In this document: positions 1 to 10,551 of the stretch, piece by piece
Position numbering within the stretch: the first letter of the stretch is position 1
Layout: each line of letters begins with the position of its first letter
Assembly: GCA_001661245.1 (NCBI GenBank)
Contig: KV454015.1
Span: 732,924-796,923, forward strand
Length of the DNA: 64,000 nt
Origin: Pachysolen tannophilus NRRL Y-2460
Taxonomy: Eukaryota
Direction: 5' to 3'
The notes under the pieces: generated by a model
What the model saw: the letters and a program-made list of their open reading frames with translations, nothing else
The model's database searches: none
Told to the model about the DNA's origin: nothing
Translations under genes and position numbers: made by a program

Positions 1-1
1 T

Positions 2-1339
2 AATAATCAGTCAAATAAAAACTTGATAGTAGATGCAAGACCTTTGACAAATGCAATGGTTCAAACTGCTTTAGGTGCTGGCACCGAAAATATGGATAAC
101 TATAAAAATTATTGCAAAAAAGTTTTTTTAGGAATTGATAATATTCATGTTATGAGAGAAAGTTTAGCAAAAGTGACAGATGCTTTAAAAGATGGCGATA
201 TTTCAAAAACACTGCAGCAAAATCCTAACAAAGAACAACTAATTAAATCTGAATGGTTGAAACATATTTCAACATTGCTTTCAGGAGTGGATATATTGAT
301 CAAGACAATACATTTGAATAATAACCATTTGCTAATACACTGTTCTGATGGATGGGATAGAACCTCTCAACTTAGTTCATTGGTACAATTATGTATTGAC
401 CCATATTTTAGAACAATTGATGGATTTATTGTTCTTGTTGAAAAAGATTGGCTTTCATTTGGTCATAGATTTAATGAGAGATGTGGATTCTTACAAACAG
501 AAACAAAATTTGTAAATAATTCAGAATATCAACCTAACTCGTCCAATCAAGCTCAACAATATATAAATCAAGTTTCAAATCATTTCAAGCTGCGGAAGCA
601 TTTGAAGTATACGTCTCCCATTTTCCATCAATTTCTTGATTGTGTTTATCAATTGATTAGACAATACCCAGATAGATTTGAATTTAATGAAAGATTTTTA
701 AGAAGGATATTATATCATTTGTATTCTTGCCAATATGGAACTTTCCTATATGATTCCGAATATGAAAGAAAATCAGTCAATTTAGACCAAAGAACAAGAT
801 CAGTATGGGATTATTTCAAAGCAAGACAAATGGATTTTACAAATCAAAACTTTAAAAGAGATAATGACAACATTGATGATGTATTATATCCAAAGATAAG
901 TAATGTAGAATGGTGGCATCAATTGTTTCAAATCAGTGCAAGCATCAATTTTCCAACAGCTACAACGTTTTCTTTGGATTCTGTGAGGACAAAGCTGACA
1001 CCTTCTAAACTGGAAAGTAATGATAGTACTTCAAACGGTGACCATGGCAATACTAGAAATAACAATATCAATGACTTGACATTACAAAATTTGACACATA
1101 AAGCTGGCGAATTAGAAGAAAGTTCGAGTCAAACAGGGGCGAATTCAAAGGAGGAAGAGGAGAAAGGGGAGGAAGAGAATGAAAAGTTGGATGATGAACA
1201 AAATAAAGATGACAATCAGGAAATATTGAAGGAAGCCAGCGTTATTGAAGGTATAACTGATGAAAACGGAAATGTAATAATGAATAAGCTTCAAATTGAA
1301 GAGTTGGTTAAAGAAGCTGCTAGTAAATTAAGTTTATGA
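2..1339 (+). CDS. YMR1: Myotubularin-family PI(3)P phosphatase, 5'-partial (frame open to window start)
   Basis: Active site HCSDGWDRT; DARP, GIDNIHVMR, KDWLSFGHRF and SCQYGTFL motifs. Confidence 0.95.
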   Translation, partial: NNQSNKNLIVDARPLTNAMVQTALGAGTENMDNYKNYCKKVFLGIDNIHVMRESLAKVTDALKDGDISKTLQQNPNKEQLIKSEWLKHISTLLSGVDILIKTIHLNNNHLLIHCSDGWDRTSQLSSLVQLCIDPYFRTIDGFIVLVEKDWLSFGHRFNERCGFLQTETKFVNNSEYQPNSSNQAQQYINQVSNHFKLRKHLKYTSPIFHQFLDCVYQLIRQYPDRFEFNERFLRRILYHLYSCQYGTFLYDSEYERKSVNLDQRTRSVWDYFKARQMDFTNQNFKRDNDNIDDVLYPKISNVEWWHQLFQISASINFPTATTFSLDSVRTKLTPSKLESNDSTSNGDHGNTRNNNINDLTLQNLTHKAGELEESSSQTGANSKEEEEKGEEENEKLDDEQNKDDNQEILKEASVIEGITDENGNVIMNKLQIEELVKEAASKLSL

Positions 1340-1809
1340 ACGGAATGTAGCCTACTTACATATAGATGTAATTCTTAATATACGGGAATTGAAGCTTTGG
1401 AACATACTAAACAAAAAGCGTTAAGTCGTATTATTTGGTAGTATTGATTTTTTTAAAAATTCTCAAAATTTTGTATGGAGATACCTGCATATGCAGAAAT
1501 TTTTCATTTTAGGGGAACACATATAAAGGGGAACGTAAAAGATAATCTGTAAAGTAAAAGATTTATATAGTTAGAAGTTCCCAACTATTTATACATACAA
1601 CTATATAACCTTTCGGTTGTACTCTCTTATTTTTAATTTTTTTTTTTTTTTGGTCTGTAAAGCTATTTGTATTTCTACCTAAAAATTGTGTTTTCTTTTT
1701 TTTTTTGAAGATAATTCTGTTTTAAATTCTCACTTATTTTAACGAATACCTATTTGATATCTTTAATGTTTGAGTTATCTGTATATTTTTTAACCCGCTA
1801 AGACGCAAG

Positions 1810-2550
1810 ATGATGTCCAGCTTAGCCATACATTATTTTAGACAAAGAGATCCAGATAAAAGGTTTAAGCCCCGAATTACGCGCGAACGTTATGCTTCTC
1901 ATGATTGTGGATTCTCACGACAAGAAATTATTCTTCATCAACATGTACTTGGGTCTTCCTATAAAACCAAAGTCAAGCTAAACTGGAGCAAATTCGACAA
2001 TATTTTTCAAAAATTATTTGAAAATCAATTAAAAATAGATTTAACATTATATTCTGTGGAAAATGCCAAAAAATTAACAAAAGTTAAATCGGAAAGTACT
2101 GTTTCTCTTAAAAGCAACATTGTCAATTTATTGAGTAACGCAAATAGACCATTAAGATTTAGTCGCGAACATAAAGTTGCAAAATATCAATATGGTTTGA
2201 AGAATTACAGAGATTTTCGTTCCAAACTTGATGGCATTAATAGTATCCCAATTACTGGTTTTACATTCTACGCTTCATTTGACATCAAAAAAGGTATTAA
2301 AACTCACCTCATCAGAACTTTCACTTCTGATAACGATGAAGAAATGCTTTATTATTATGATGAATTGATGAAATTTTTCAATAAATTTCTTTTGGCCAAC
2401 TTCTGGAAGTTAGTTCATACTTATAAGAAAAAAGTTGACATTTCATATGTAGAAAACAAAGAAGAAACCTTTAAAAAAGGTGATTTAGTATTTCTTGTTA
2501 ATGGTAATTCATTATTGAATATTAGCAATAAAATAGTCAAAGAACGTTAA
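1810..2550 (+). CDS. Hypothetical basic protein, 246 aa, no recognised family
   Basis: Long ATG-started ORF in AT-rich DNA; no motif recognised. Confidence 0.6.
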   Translation: MMSSLAIHYFRQRDPDKRFKPRITRERYASHDCGFSRQEIILHQHVLGSSYKTKVKLNWSKFDNIFQKLFENQLKIDLTLYSVENAKKLTKVKSESTVSLKSNIVNLLSNANRPLRFSREHKVAKYQYGLKNYRDFRSKLDGINSIPITGFTFYASFDIKKGIKTHLIRTFTSDNDEEMLYYYDELMKFFNKFLLANFWKLVHTYKKKVDISYVENKEETFKKGDLVFLVNGNSLLNISNKIVKER

Positions 2551-3041
2551 TAATAGTTCTTAAATAGTGTGATCAAAAATTTAGGATTCATGCGATCCAT
2601 TAAAGATTTATATGCATCAGTCATTAAATATCGGTAAAATTTATGCACCGATCGGTGAAAATTTTGCGGGATTTTGTTTCTATGCAAGGGTTTCAGCCGT
2701 TCTTGACTGATAACGATTATAAAATGAACCCTTCCAACTTGTTATATAAAGGTCTTGTTATTTAATGAAATTATACCAGTTCTTGAATCCAAGGACATTG
2801 TAGCCAGTAATCTAATTATCATTTGTGTCTATAAACATTTTTCAGAAACTGTTGTTTGTTTGTTCTGTTAAAAATTTGAAATGACATCGGCATCGGTATC
2901 GGTAAAAAATGTAACCGACATGCACGTAAGCCGTCCAATTTTTTCTCTTCCTCATCGAATGTATAAAAAGGGTCCAGTTTCAAGTCATCGTTATTTAATT
3001 AATAATTTCTTCTCTTCTCATAGTTATTTGAGTAAACGATT

Positions 3042-4991
3042 ATGTCAACAGAAATAAATAACAATAGTGATTTAAACTCAGTCGATTCTAGAGACACTTC
3101 TGGAATGGAAGATGAAATGGTTAATGAAGTTGAGGCTTATAGCCATGCTGAAGAAAATGTGCGGCCGTTAGAAAGAGATCTGAAGGAAGATACCAGTATA
3201 GCTGGAAGGACAAGATCACATGCTTCTGAAATTCTTCGTTCATTAACACATCAAGATAACGAGGATGAGCTGGAATTATATAAGATGGTTTCTAATAATG
3301 CAGGTGTACAAAAAATATATTCGCGTTTGGAAAGCGAATATGGTAGGACTGGACCTTTGGAAGAACCAATCGATTTAGAAAGAATAGAGACTAAGCCTGA
3401 TCCCAAGTCAACTTTCCACGAAGAAGATGAATGGAAATATCCTATTGATGAAGAAACAGGACTTAGACTTGTTGAATTTGTTGTAGGCGATAAAGCTGAT
3501 CCGAGAAACTGGAAAAAAAGTAAGAAATGGTTTGTAACAATTTTATTGGGATGTATTTGTTTCAACGTTGCATTTGCCTCTGCAGTGGTTACAGGTGATA
3601 TAGATGGTCCAATGGCAACTTTCGGAGTTAGTGAGGAAGTTGTAATTTTAACTGTTACGTTGTTGGTTCTTGGATTTGGATTTGGTCCATTATTATTTTC
3701 TCCATTATCTGAAGAATTGGGAAGATCTCTGATTTATTTTTCAACTTTATTTCTTGCTTCAATTTTCATTATTCCATGTGCCGTAGCCAAAAACATTGGG
3801 ACTTTACTTGTTTTCAGACTCCTAGATGGTATTGCATTTAGTGCACCAATGACTTTAATTGGTGGTTCTTTGGCTGATATGTGGGTCAACAAAGAACGTG
3901 GTACTGCAATGGCTCTTTTCTCTGCTGCACCATTTCTTGGTCCTTGTATTGGCCCTTTGGTAGGTGGTTTTATTGGTCAATACGCTGGGCATAGTGCTTC
4001 GACGTCTCCTGTCTCCGACTATAACGTCGGATGGAGATGGATTTATTGGGTTATGTTTATTTTCACATTTTGCTTATATATATTCACGGTAGTAGTGTTA
4101 CCAGAAACACATCATACTACTATTTTGAAAAGAAGAGCTAAAAAATTAAGGAAATTAACAAAAGATAACAAGTATCGCGCAGTTGCAGAGTTAAAGATTA
4201 GAAGTAATAAGGAAATCATAAAAGAAACTTTGAAAAGACCATTACTTTTATTATCTGAAGTAATTGTTTTCTTAATCACATTATATATGTCAGTCATTTA
4301 TGGGTTGTTATACATGTTTTTTTTTGCATATCCAGTTGTTTTTGGCGAAGGTAAAGGCTGGTCAGATGCCAAGATTGGGTTAACTTTTATTCCAATTGCT
4401 TGCGGAGTCATTCTGGGAACAATACTGGCTCCATTCGTCAATGAAGATTATAATAAAAGAGCACAGAAATACTTTGATAGAGGAGAGTTACCACCACCAG
4501 AGCTACGTTTGATTCCAATGATGATTGGATGTTGGTTTGTACCTATCGGTTTGTTCATATTTGCATGGACTTCATATCCAACAGTATCTTGTTGGGGTCC
4601 AATTATTGCTGGATTTCCAGCAGGCCTGGGTTTTGTATTATTATACAACCCGGCAAATAATTATATAGTTGATTCTTATCAACATTTTGCAGCATCTGCT
4701 CTTGCAGCAAAGACTTTTGTAAGGTCTGTTTGGGGTGCATCGGTCGTCTTATTCACCGTACAAATGTATCACAGATTGGGTTATCAATGGGCAACATCTT
4801 TAATGGCATTCATTAGTTTGGCCTGCTGTGCTATCCCATATTTGTTCTTCATTTATGGAGCATCTGTTAGAAGAAAAAGTAAGTATGCTTATTCACCTTC
4901 TATTGATGATAAGGTTCAAAAGAGTGTTACAGAAACTGTATCAAGTCATAATTCGTCTTATACAAAAGGAGAAAATAATAGCATTGCATAA
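3042..4991 (+). CDS. TPO3: MFS DHA1 polyamine/drug:H+ antiporter (Tpo2/Tpo3 type)
   Basis: [37 protein letters not shown] and [14 protein letters not shown] motifs; many TM segments. Confidence 0.92.
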   Translation: MSTEINNNSDLNSVDSRDTSGMEDEMVNEVEAYSHAEENVRPLERDLKEDTSIAGRTRSHASEILRSLTHQDNEDELELYKMVSNNAGVQKIYSRLESEYGRTGPLEEPIDLERIETKPDPKSTFHEEDEWKYPIDEETGLRLVEFVVGDKADPRNWKKSKKWFVTILLGCICFNVAFASAVVTGDIDGPMATFGVSEEVVILTVTLLVLGFGFGPLLFSPLSEELGRSLIYFSTLFLASIFIIPCAVAKNIGTLLVFRLLDGIAFSAPMTLIGGSLADMWVNKERGTAMALFSAAPFLGPCIGPLVGGFIGQYAGHSASTSPVSDYNVGWRWIYWVMFIFTFCLYIFTVVVLPETHHTTILKRRAKKLRKLTKDNKYRAVAELKIRSNKEIIKETLKRPLLLLSEVIVFLITLYMSVIYGLLYMFFFAYPVVFGEGKGWSDAKIGLTFIPIACGVILGTILAPFVNEDYNKRAQKYFDRGELPPPELRLIPMMIGCWFVPIGLFIFAWTSYPTVSCWGPIIAGFPAGLGFVLLYNPANNYIVDSYQHFAASALAAKTFVRSVWGASVVLFTVQMYHRLGYQWATSLMAFISLACCAIPYLFFIYGASVRRKSKYAYSPSIDDKVQKSVTETVSSHNSSYTKGENNSIA

Positions 4992-5314
4992 AATTTTCAA
5001 AAACTAATTGATTTTCTTGCTTGCTACTTTAATGATCATTTTATAAATCAATAAATAATATGAAACTTTAATTTTAATAAATTTAATACCATTATAACAA
5101 CTTGTAGAAGAGTAGTAAATTCTTGAATACTTAGTTAGCTACTTAACTCTTTATAAATAGACGGGTAAAATTTATCATCAGAGGCTGTAGAAATTTTTCA
5201 CCTTAAAAAGATTATTATTATGTAAATGAATAGTAAGATCTAGTTATTAATCTAGAGAAAACCTTTGTTAAAGCTAGACTGTTTCGATTAGAAGGATCTA
5301 TTAGAGAAACAGAA

Positions 5315-5608
5315 ATGACAGTAGCAGATATACAGAGTTCTCCTCTGGTAGTAGTTGCTGATACCAATATACAGTCTGAAAAATGCCCGCCAACAAAAGT
5401 AACTGCTGATGCTGATGGTACTAACAACCACAGTAAGAAACAAACTGAAGAAACAGAAACTCCAAGGGATGAAAAAAAAGATAAACTCAATAATGAGAGC
5501 AGTATATTGGATAAGTATAGTTACGGGACCGACGAAGAAGAAGAAGAAGATGAAGAAGAAAATCATGCGGGTTGTTCCTGCTGTAATTATGGACTTATAG
5601 GACAATAA
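5315..5608 (+). CDS. Small acidic hypothetical protein (97 aa) with C-terminal CSCC motif
   Basis: A-rich ATG context (ACAGAAATGA), purine-rich coding-like composition, sits alone between TPO and YOP1. Confidence 0.5.
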   Translation: MTVADIQSSPLVVVADTNIQSEKCPPTKVTADADGTNNHSKKQTEETETPRDEKKDKLNNESSILDKYSYGTDEEEEEDEEENHAGCSCCNYGLIGQ

Positions 5609-5944
5609 AATACTTTTCACTAAAAATAATAATAAAGCTATACATATATCCTGATACTTCTCTCAGAGTTTGTAGGTTACTTAATGTCTATATCTTAAAT
5701 TTACACCATTCATCCAAACTAGAATTTGGTTGTTGAAGTTGATCATTCCTGAATGGAGACCCCTTAAAATGTGGTAGTGTAGGAAAACCATAATACCTTT
5801 ATCGACATCAATAGCAAAAGACGAACGAAGGACTTTTTAAAACAAGTTATATATTTTACTAATTAGATATTTGAAACTATTCAATTGATAGATAAATTAT
5901 TGCGATTTTAACTTACTCAGTCAATCAATCGAAAACTTTATAAA

Positions 5945-6603
5945 ATGTCAGATTACGTTGGACAAGCTCAACAAATTTTAGGTCAACTTGATAAGGTATG
6001 TTTTTTTTTTGTTTGTTTCATTGCTTTAATGAAGTTTTGTATTCAAAAAGTAATTGTGAAATTCATATACTAACTAAACTGATTATTTATCTCAATTTGA
6101 TTAATATTTAGCAATTTGCGGGCTTTAAACTTTTAGATCAGTTTGAAAGTAGTACCAAGTTACCAAGATCATATGCGGTTTTAGGTACCGGTGTCTTTTA
6201 CTTTTTCTTGATCTTTTTAAACGTTGGTGGTATTGGACAATTATTATCAAATATTGCTGGTTTCGTTATTCCTGGTTATTATTCATTAGTTGCTTTGGAG
6301 ACCAGAACTTCGTCAGATGATACTCAATTGCTAACGTATTGGGTTGTATTTGCGTTTTTAAATGTCATTGAATTCTGGTCAAAGGCACTTTTATACTGGG
6401 TCCCATTATATTGGTTTGTTAAAACCATTTTATTATTGTGGTTAGCATTGCCACAATTTGGCGGTGCAAATATCATTTATGGTAGCTTTATCAAACCTTT
6501 CTCACAAAAATACATCTTGGGCAAGAAGGGTATTGCTGATGATGTTATTAACAAAGTTAATGAAGCTTCAAAAGGAAAATCTTCTGGTGTCGAGCTTCAC
6601 TAA
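5945..6603 (+). CDS. YOP1: ER tubule-shaping protein Yop1/REEP; exons 5945-5995 and 6112-6603 (180 aa)
   Basis: DDTQLLTYWVV motif; intron 5996-6111 with GTATGT, TACTAAC (6068) and TAG; splice keeps frame. Confidence 0.95.
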
Positions 6604-7132
6604 AGATGGAGGACAAAAATCTCGAGTGATATTTTTTAAACTGATTGAGTATATTTGTAAATCTTTTATTATCTTTTTTACTTTTTACTTTTTATCTTCT
6701 TGTATGTGGGACTTTATAAGACAGATTATAACTTGTGCCAAACCAATTTTAAAAGTTTGTCATAAAAACTTGTGATCTATTAATTTTTTTTTTTTTTCAA
6801 CTTATATTTTCTTCGTTTAAATTGGTACAGTTTTTCTTTTTTATTTTTATTTTATGAATACGCTTTCAATTGTGGTGATGGGTGATTTATATATATATCT
6901 TACCAAATATATTATTAAGTAAATGAGAAATTGTAGACATTTAAAAAATTTAGATACTAAAATTTGTTAGAAATTAAGGAAGTTTAGGGTCAACTAATTA
7001 ACTAATTAAGGATAACATTTCTTCTATTAAGTTAATGAGAAAAGAAAAAAGTACGATTTGAAAAATAAAGAAAAAAAAAAAAGTACAAAAACATATTAGA
7101 CAGTTATTTTTTTTCAAAACTTTTCAATGAAT

Positions 7133-9670
7133 TTATAGAGTAGCAGAAAACCCATTAAAATCAAACTGTTCATCCCTTTGACCATCACCATTCACATTAT
7201 AAGAAACCTTAACACGCAACTTTAGCTTTCCTCCAGGCTTACCACTAATATTCAATGACTGTGAGATAAAACCACCTTTTGATCTAATACTATTTTCATT
7301 CATTGGTGAAATTTGCAATTTCTGAGATTTAGGTACAGCTACCAAAAAATTAAAATTTGTCAAAGAAGCTGGTGTATTTGATACAATGTAAGATTCAATA
7401 ATGGCATGGGAGTTACCAATTTCTTTTGGTAAAAATGAAATGGTGATATAAGGTGATGAATATGCTTCTAACAAATTGGAAGGCAATTCCTTCTCTTCAA
7501 ACGGTGTCAGTATTGTAGAAGATATAGGAATTGATGAAAACAGATCTATTGCAGATGATTGTTGAGTAGAAGTATTCGATGGAAATAAATCAAGAATTGC
7601 ATTCGAGTTTGTTTGCAGAATTGTCGGAGCAGAATTGTTTCCTGGTGTATTACCAAAAATATCTGATAATAAATCAACTGTATTTTCCTTTTGTAAATTT
7701 TTCTGGTTATCATTTGACAGATTTGAAACATCATCTGATCCCATCAAATCTAACAATAAATCATTTGTATTATTACTAGAACCTGAAGATTTTGCAAACT
7801 TATTATTAGCACTTAAACTATTTCCTCTTTGCAATGTAATAGCTTCATGTTTCTTAATAGGTGGAGCTGGCATTTTCTCTAATAAACCTTTCTTTAAAGT
7901 AATTGGTTGGGCAAAAATTTCCAAATATTCCATTGATCTAATCTGAATTTCTAAATTGATATCATTTGATTTGGAAATAAGAATTTGCCTTAATTTTTCT
8001 ATTTCTGATGCATCTTTAAATTTAATCGATAATTTCAAAGATGCAGTTAAGATATATAAAATCAAATTATCGGACTTTGACAGGTCCTTATAAGTTGATG
8101 TAGAATTTAAGAAACTTGTCAATAAATTTACAATTGATGATTCTGTGATTTGTTTTGGTTGCTTGTTTTCATCTTCAAACGTGGAATTAATGAGAAGCTC
8201 TCCATATTCGCCAAGACACCAACTGCAAATCAAATTCAAACCATATTGTTTGGTGTCAAGTAAACTTAATTGGTAAAGCTTCAAGACAATATGCTTTGAT
8301 AATTCATAATCCTGATTTTGCATTATTGAAGCTAAAATATTTGAAATAATATCACTTGTTACATAGTTACCAGCAGATTTTAACATTTTTATTAAAGTTT
8401 CAAAATGCCACTTTGGATTTGGAGAATATTTGTCACATGATAAAGTTAACTGACCAGTAATATATGATTTCAATTCATTATCAGAATTTTCTAAAAAAAT
8501 TAATATTTCTTTTGCAATTACTCTAATATTTTGTTCATTTAAAATTCCAAAAGATAATTCCAATGCTCTTCTTCTTATTGATATATCAGCATCTTGTAAA
8601 CATGATACAATAGTAGAACGGTGACGTTGAACTGCTTGAGGTTCATAGCTAATAACTGTTAATAAAGTATTCAAAGCAACATATTTAGTATTATTGTCCT
8701 TTGCCGATAAGAAACGACCTAAAATATTAACTCCTAATACTCTTAAGGAAGGTTCTGAATTAATGTGGAAAATAGTTTTAACTGCCTCATATAAAATGGC
8801 ATGACCTGAATTTTTAGATGAATCTATCTTTGATGCAATTTGAGTTAATAAATCGTTAAACAATTCTAAGTTTGAATTTGTATCTTCAATATCTTCAAAT
8901 AATAATCTTAAAGTTAATAATAATGAACAAAATAAAAAAGGATCTGGTATTCCATTAACATCATATTCAGGAGAATAACCTACTGTTAATAAATTTTTCA
9001 AATGTTGTAAAACTTTCAGGGTTAGATTTTTCACCAAATAATCATGAGAAGATTCATCAACTTCATAAATAGTTTGAATTAATTTTAAAACACCCAACAA
9101 AGAACCATGATTTTTATTATTAATCAAAGAATTTAATTTTGGTAAAAAAATCTCACTCAAATCAGGAGATTTCTCAACACATCTCGAGGCAACCATTGCT
9201 GATTTTCTTCTTAAGAACGGATTCTCAGATTGAATGATCTTTTCTATATCTTGATATAAATCTCTAGCCAAAGCTGGAGAAGCAATATTACCTAGAGTTG
9301 TTAATGCCAAACCAACAACAAATTGATTTGGATGGTTTAAATCGATATTCAACGAATTTGTCAACAACGTCAACACCTCCTGGTTCTCATCCAATAATAA
9401 TGACGCCGCCATATACCCAAGTTTCTTATCTTTAAATTGATTAGACGCCAATAACTTTATACATTCCACTTGACCAAAATGTGTTGGCTCCCCCAATATG
9501 TAAAGATACAACAATTTCGAAATAAGAACCCTCCTTGAGTTATGATCCAAATTAACATCTCGAAAAGAAGTCCTAATCTTAGCACTTTCTTTTCTTATTA
9601 TCGATCTTTCATCAGCTATTGTCTTGGCAGCTCTAACCGACTTGATGAACGATTTCAACGAACTAACCAT
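7133..9670 (-). CDS. APL4: AP-1 adaptor complex gamma subunit (ATG at 9670)
   Basis: SLKSFIKSVRAAKTIADER, HFGQVECIKL, DISIRRRALEL; C-terminal ear domain AVPKSQKLQ. Confidence 0.95.
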   Translation of the reverse strand: MVSSLKSFIKSVRAAKTIADERSIIRKESAKIRTSFRDVNLDHNSRRVLISKLLYLYILGEPTHFGQVECIKLLASNQFKDKKLGYMAASLLLDENQEVLTLLTNSLNIDLNHPNQFVVGLALTTLGNIASPALARDLYQDIEKIIQSENPFLRRKSAMVASRCVEKSPDLSEIFLPKLNSLINNKNHGSLLGVLKLIQTIYEVDESSHDYLVKNLTLKVLQHLKNLLTVGYSPEYDVNGIPDPFLFCSLLLTLRLLFEDIEDTNSNLELFNDLLTQIASKIDSSKNSGHAILYEAVKTIFHINSEPSLRVLGVNILGRFLSAKDNNTKYVALNTLLTVISYEPQAVQRHRSTIVSCLQDADISIRRRALELSFGILNEQNIRVIAKEILIFLENSDNELKSYITGQLTLSCDKYSPNPKWHFETLIKMLKSAGNYVTSDIISNILASIMQNQDYELSKHIVLKLYQLSLLDTKQYGLNLICSWCLGEYGELLINSTFEDENKQPKQITESSIVNLLTSFLNSTSTYKDLSKSDNLILYILTASLKLSIKFKDASEIEKLRQILISKSNDINLEIQIRSMEYLEIFAQPITLKKGLLEKMPAPPIKKHEAITLQRGNSLSANNKFAKSSGSSNNTNDLLLDLMGSDDVSNLSNDNQKNLQKENTVDLLSDIFGNTPGNNSAPTILQTNSNAILDLFPSNTSTQQSSAIDLFSSIPISSTILTPFEEKELPSNLLEAYSSPYITISFLPKEIGNSHAIIESYIVSNTPASLTNFNFLVAVPKSQKLQISPMNENSIRSKGGFISQSLNISGKPGGKLKLRVKVSYNVNGDGQRDEQFDFNGFSATL

Positions 9671-10551
9671 TATCACCTCACCTTACGCCGTATTCCTTTT
9701 TTCTTTTTTCTCTTTTTTTTTTTTCTCTTCCCGTTCTTCTTTGAAATAACCGCCCAAGATTCAATTCCTCAAAAGCACCCGAAAGATCAATTGATCACGT
9801 CTATCTATATATTTAATAAATATATATATATATATGTATATATAGAAGTTACCAATAACCCTTTTCTTTTCTTCTTTACAACAAATAGAGAAACCAACAC
9901 ACAGCTATTTCATTGGATTTCTTGTCGCAAAACGCACTACCAATTTTCTTTTTTTCCCCCAAAAAAAAAAGAACAAAAAAAAAAAAAAGAAATTTAAAGT
10001 TTTTATAATAAGATTCAATACACTTCCGTAACGGAGAAATAATTTTTTTTTTTGATTTCATAAACTTCTCCCAAGTGTTCCTTCAAGGAGAAGTAAAGTT
10101 TCCTGAAATTCTCCCTCTTCGATGCCTGCAGTAAAATGATATCACCTATCACCCTTTTTTTATAGTAAATTATAGGAGATACCGTAAACTACTTTAATTT
10201 AATCTCTCTTTCTCTTTCTCTCTCTCTTTTTTTTTATATAAAAATTTTTAAACACTTATTTAAAAGATTTATTAACTTTGTAGTATTTGGGGGTTCATTT
10301 CTCTTGTTTTGTTTTATTGGATATATCTATAAATTTTTTTTGATTTTTTTATTTTCTTTTTTTTTTTTTTTTGGGTTTAAATATAAAAAAGAAAAAAAAA
10401 AAATTAATGTTTTTGATTAGGTTAGGTTGATTACTTATTCAGTTCTTATTAATACATTTACTTTCATTTTTTATATTTTTTTTTTATTTTTTTTTATTTT
10501 TTTTGATTCTTTGTCTTTTGTTTTTTTTTTTATTACTTGAATCATATTGAA

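Noticed and set aside
9542..10061. F/K-rich ORFs upstream of APL4 (also 23773-24256 and 46101-46444)
   Set aside because: Translations of poly-A/T intergenic tracts
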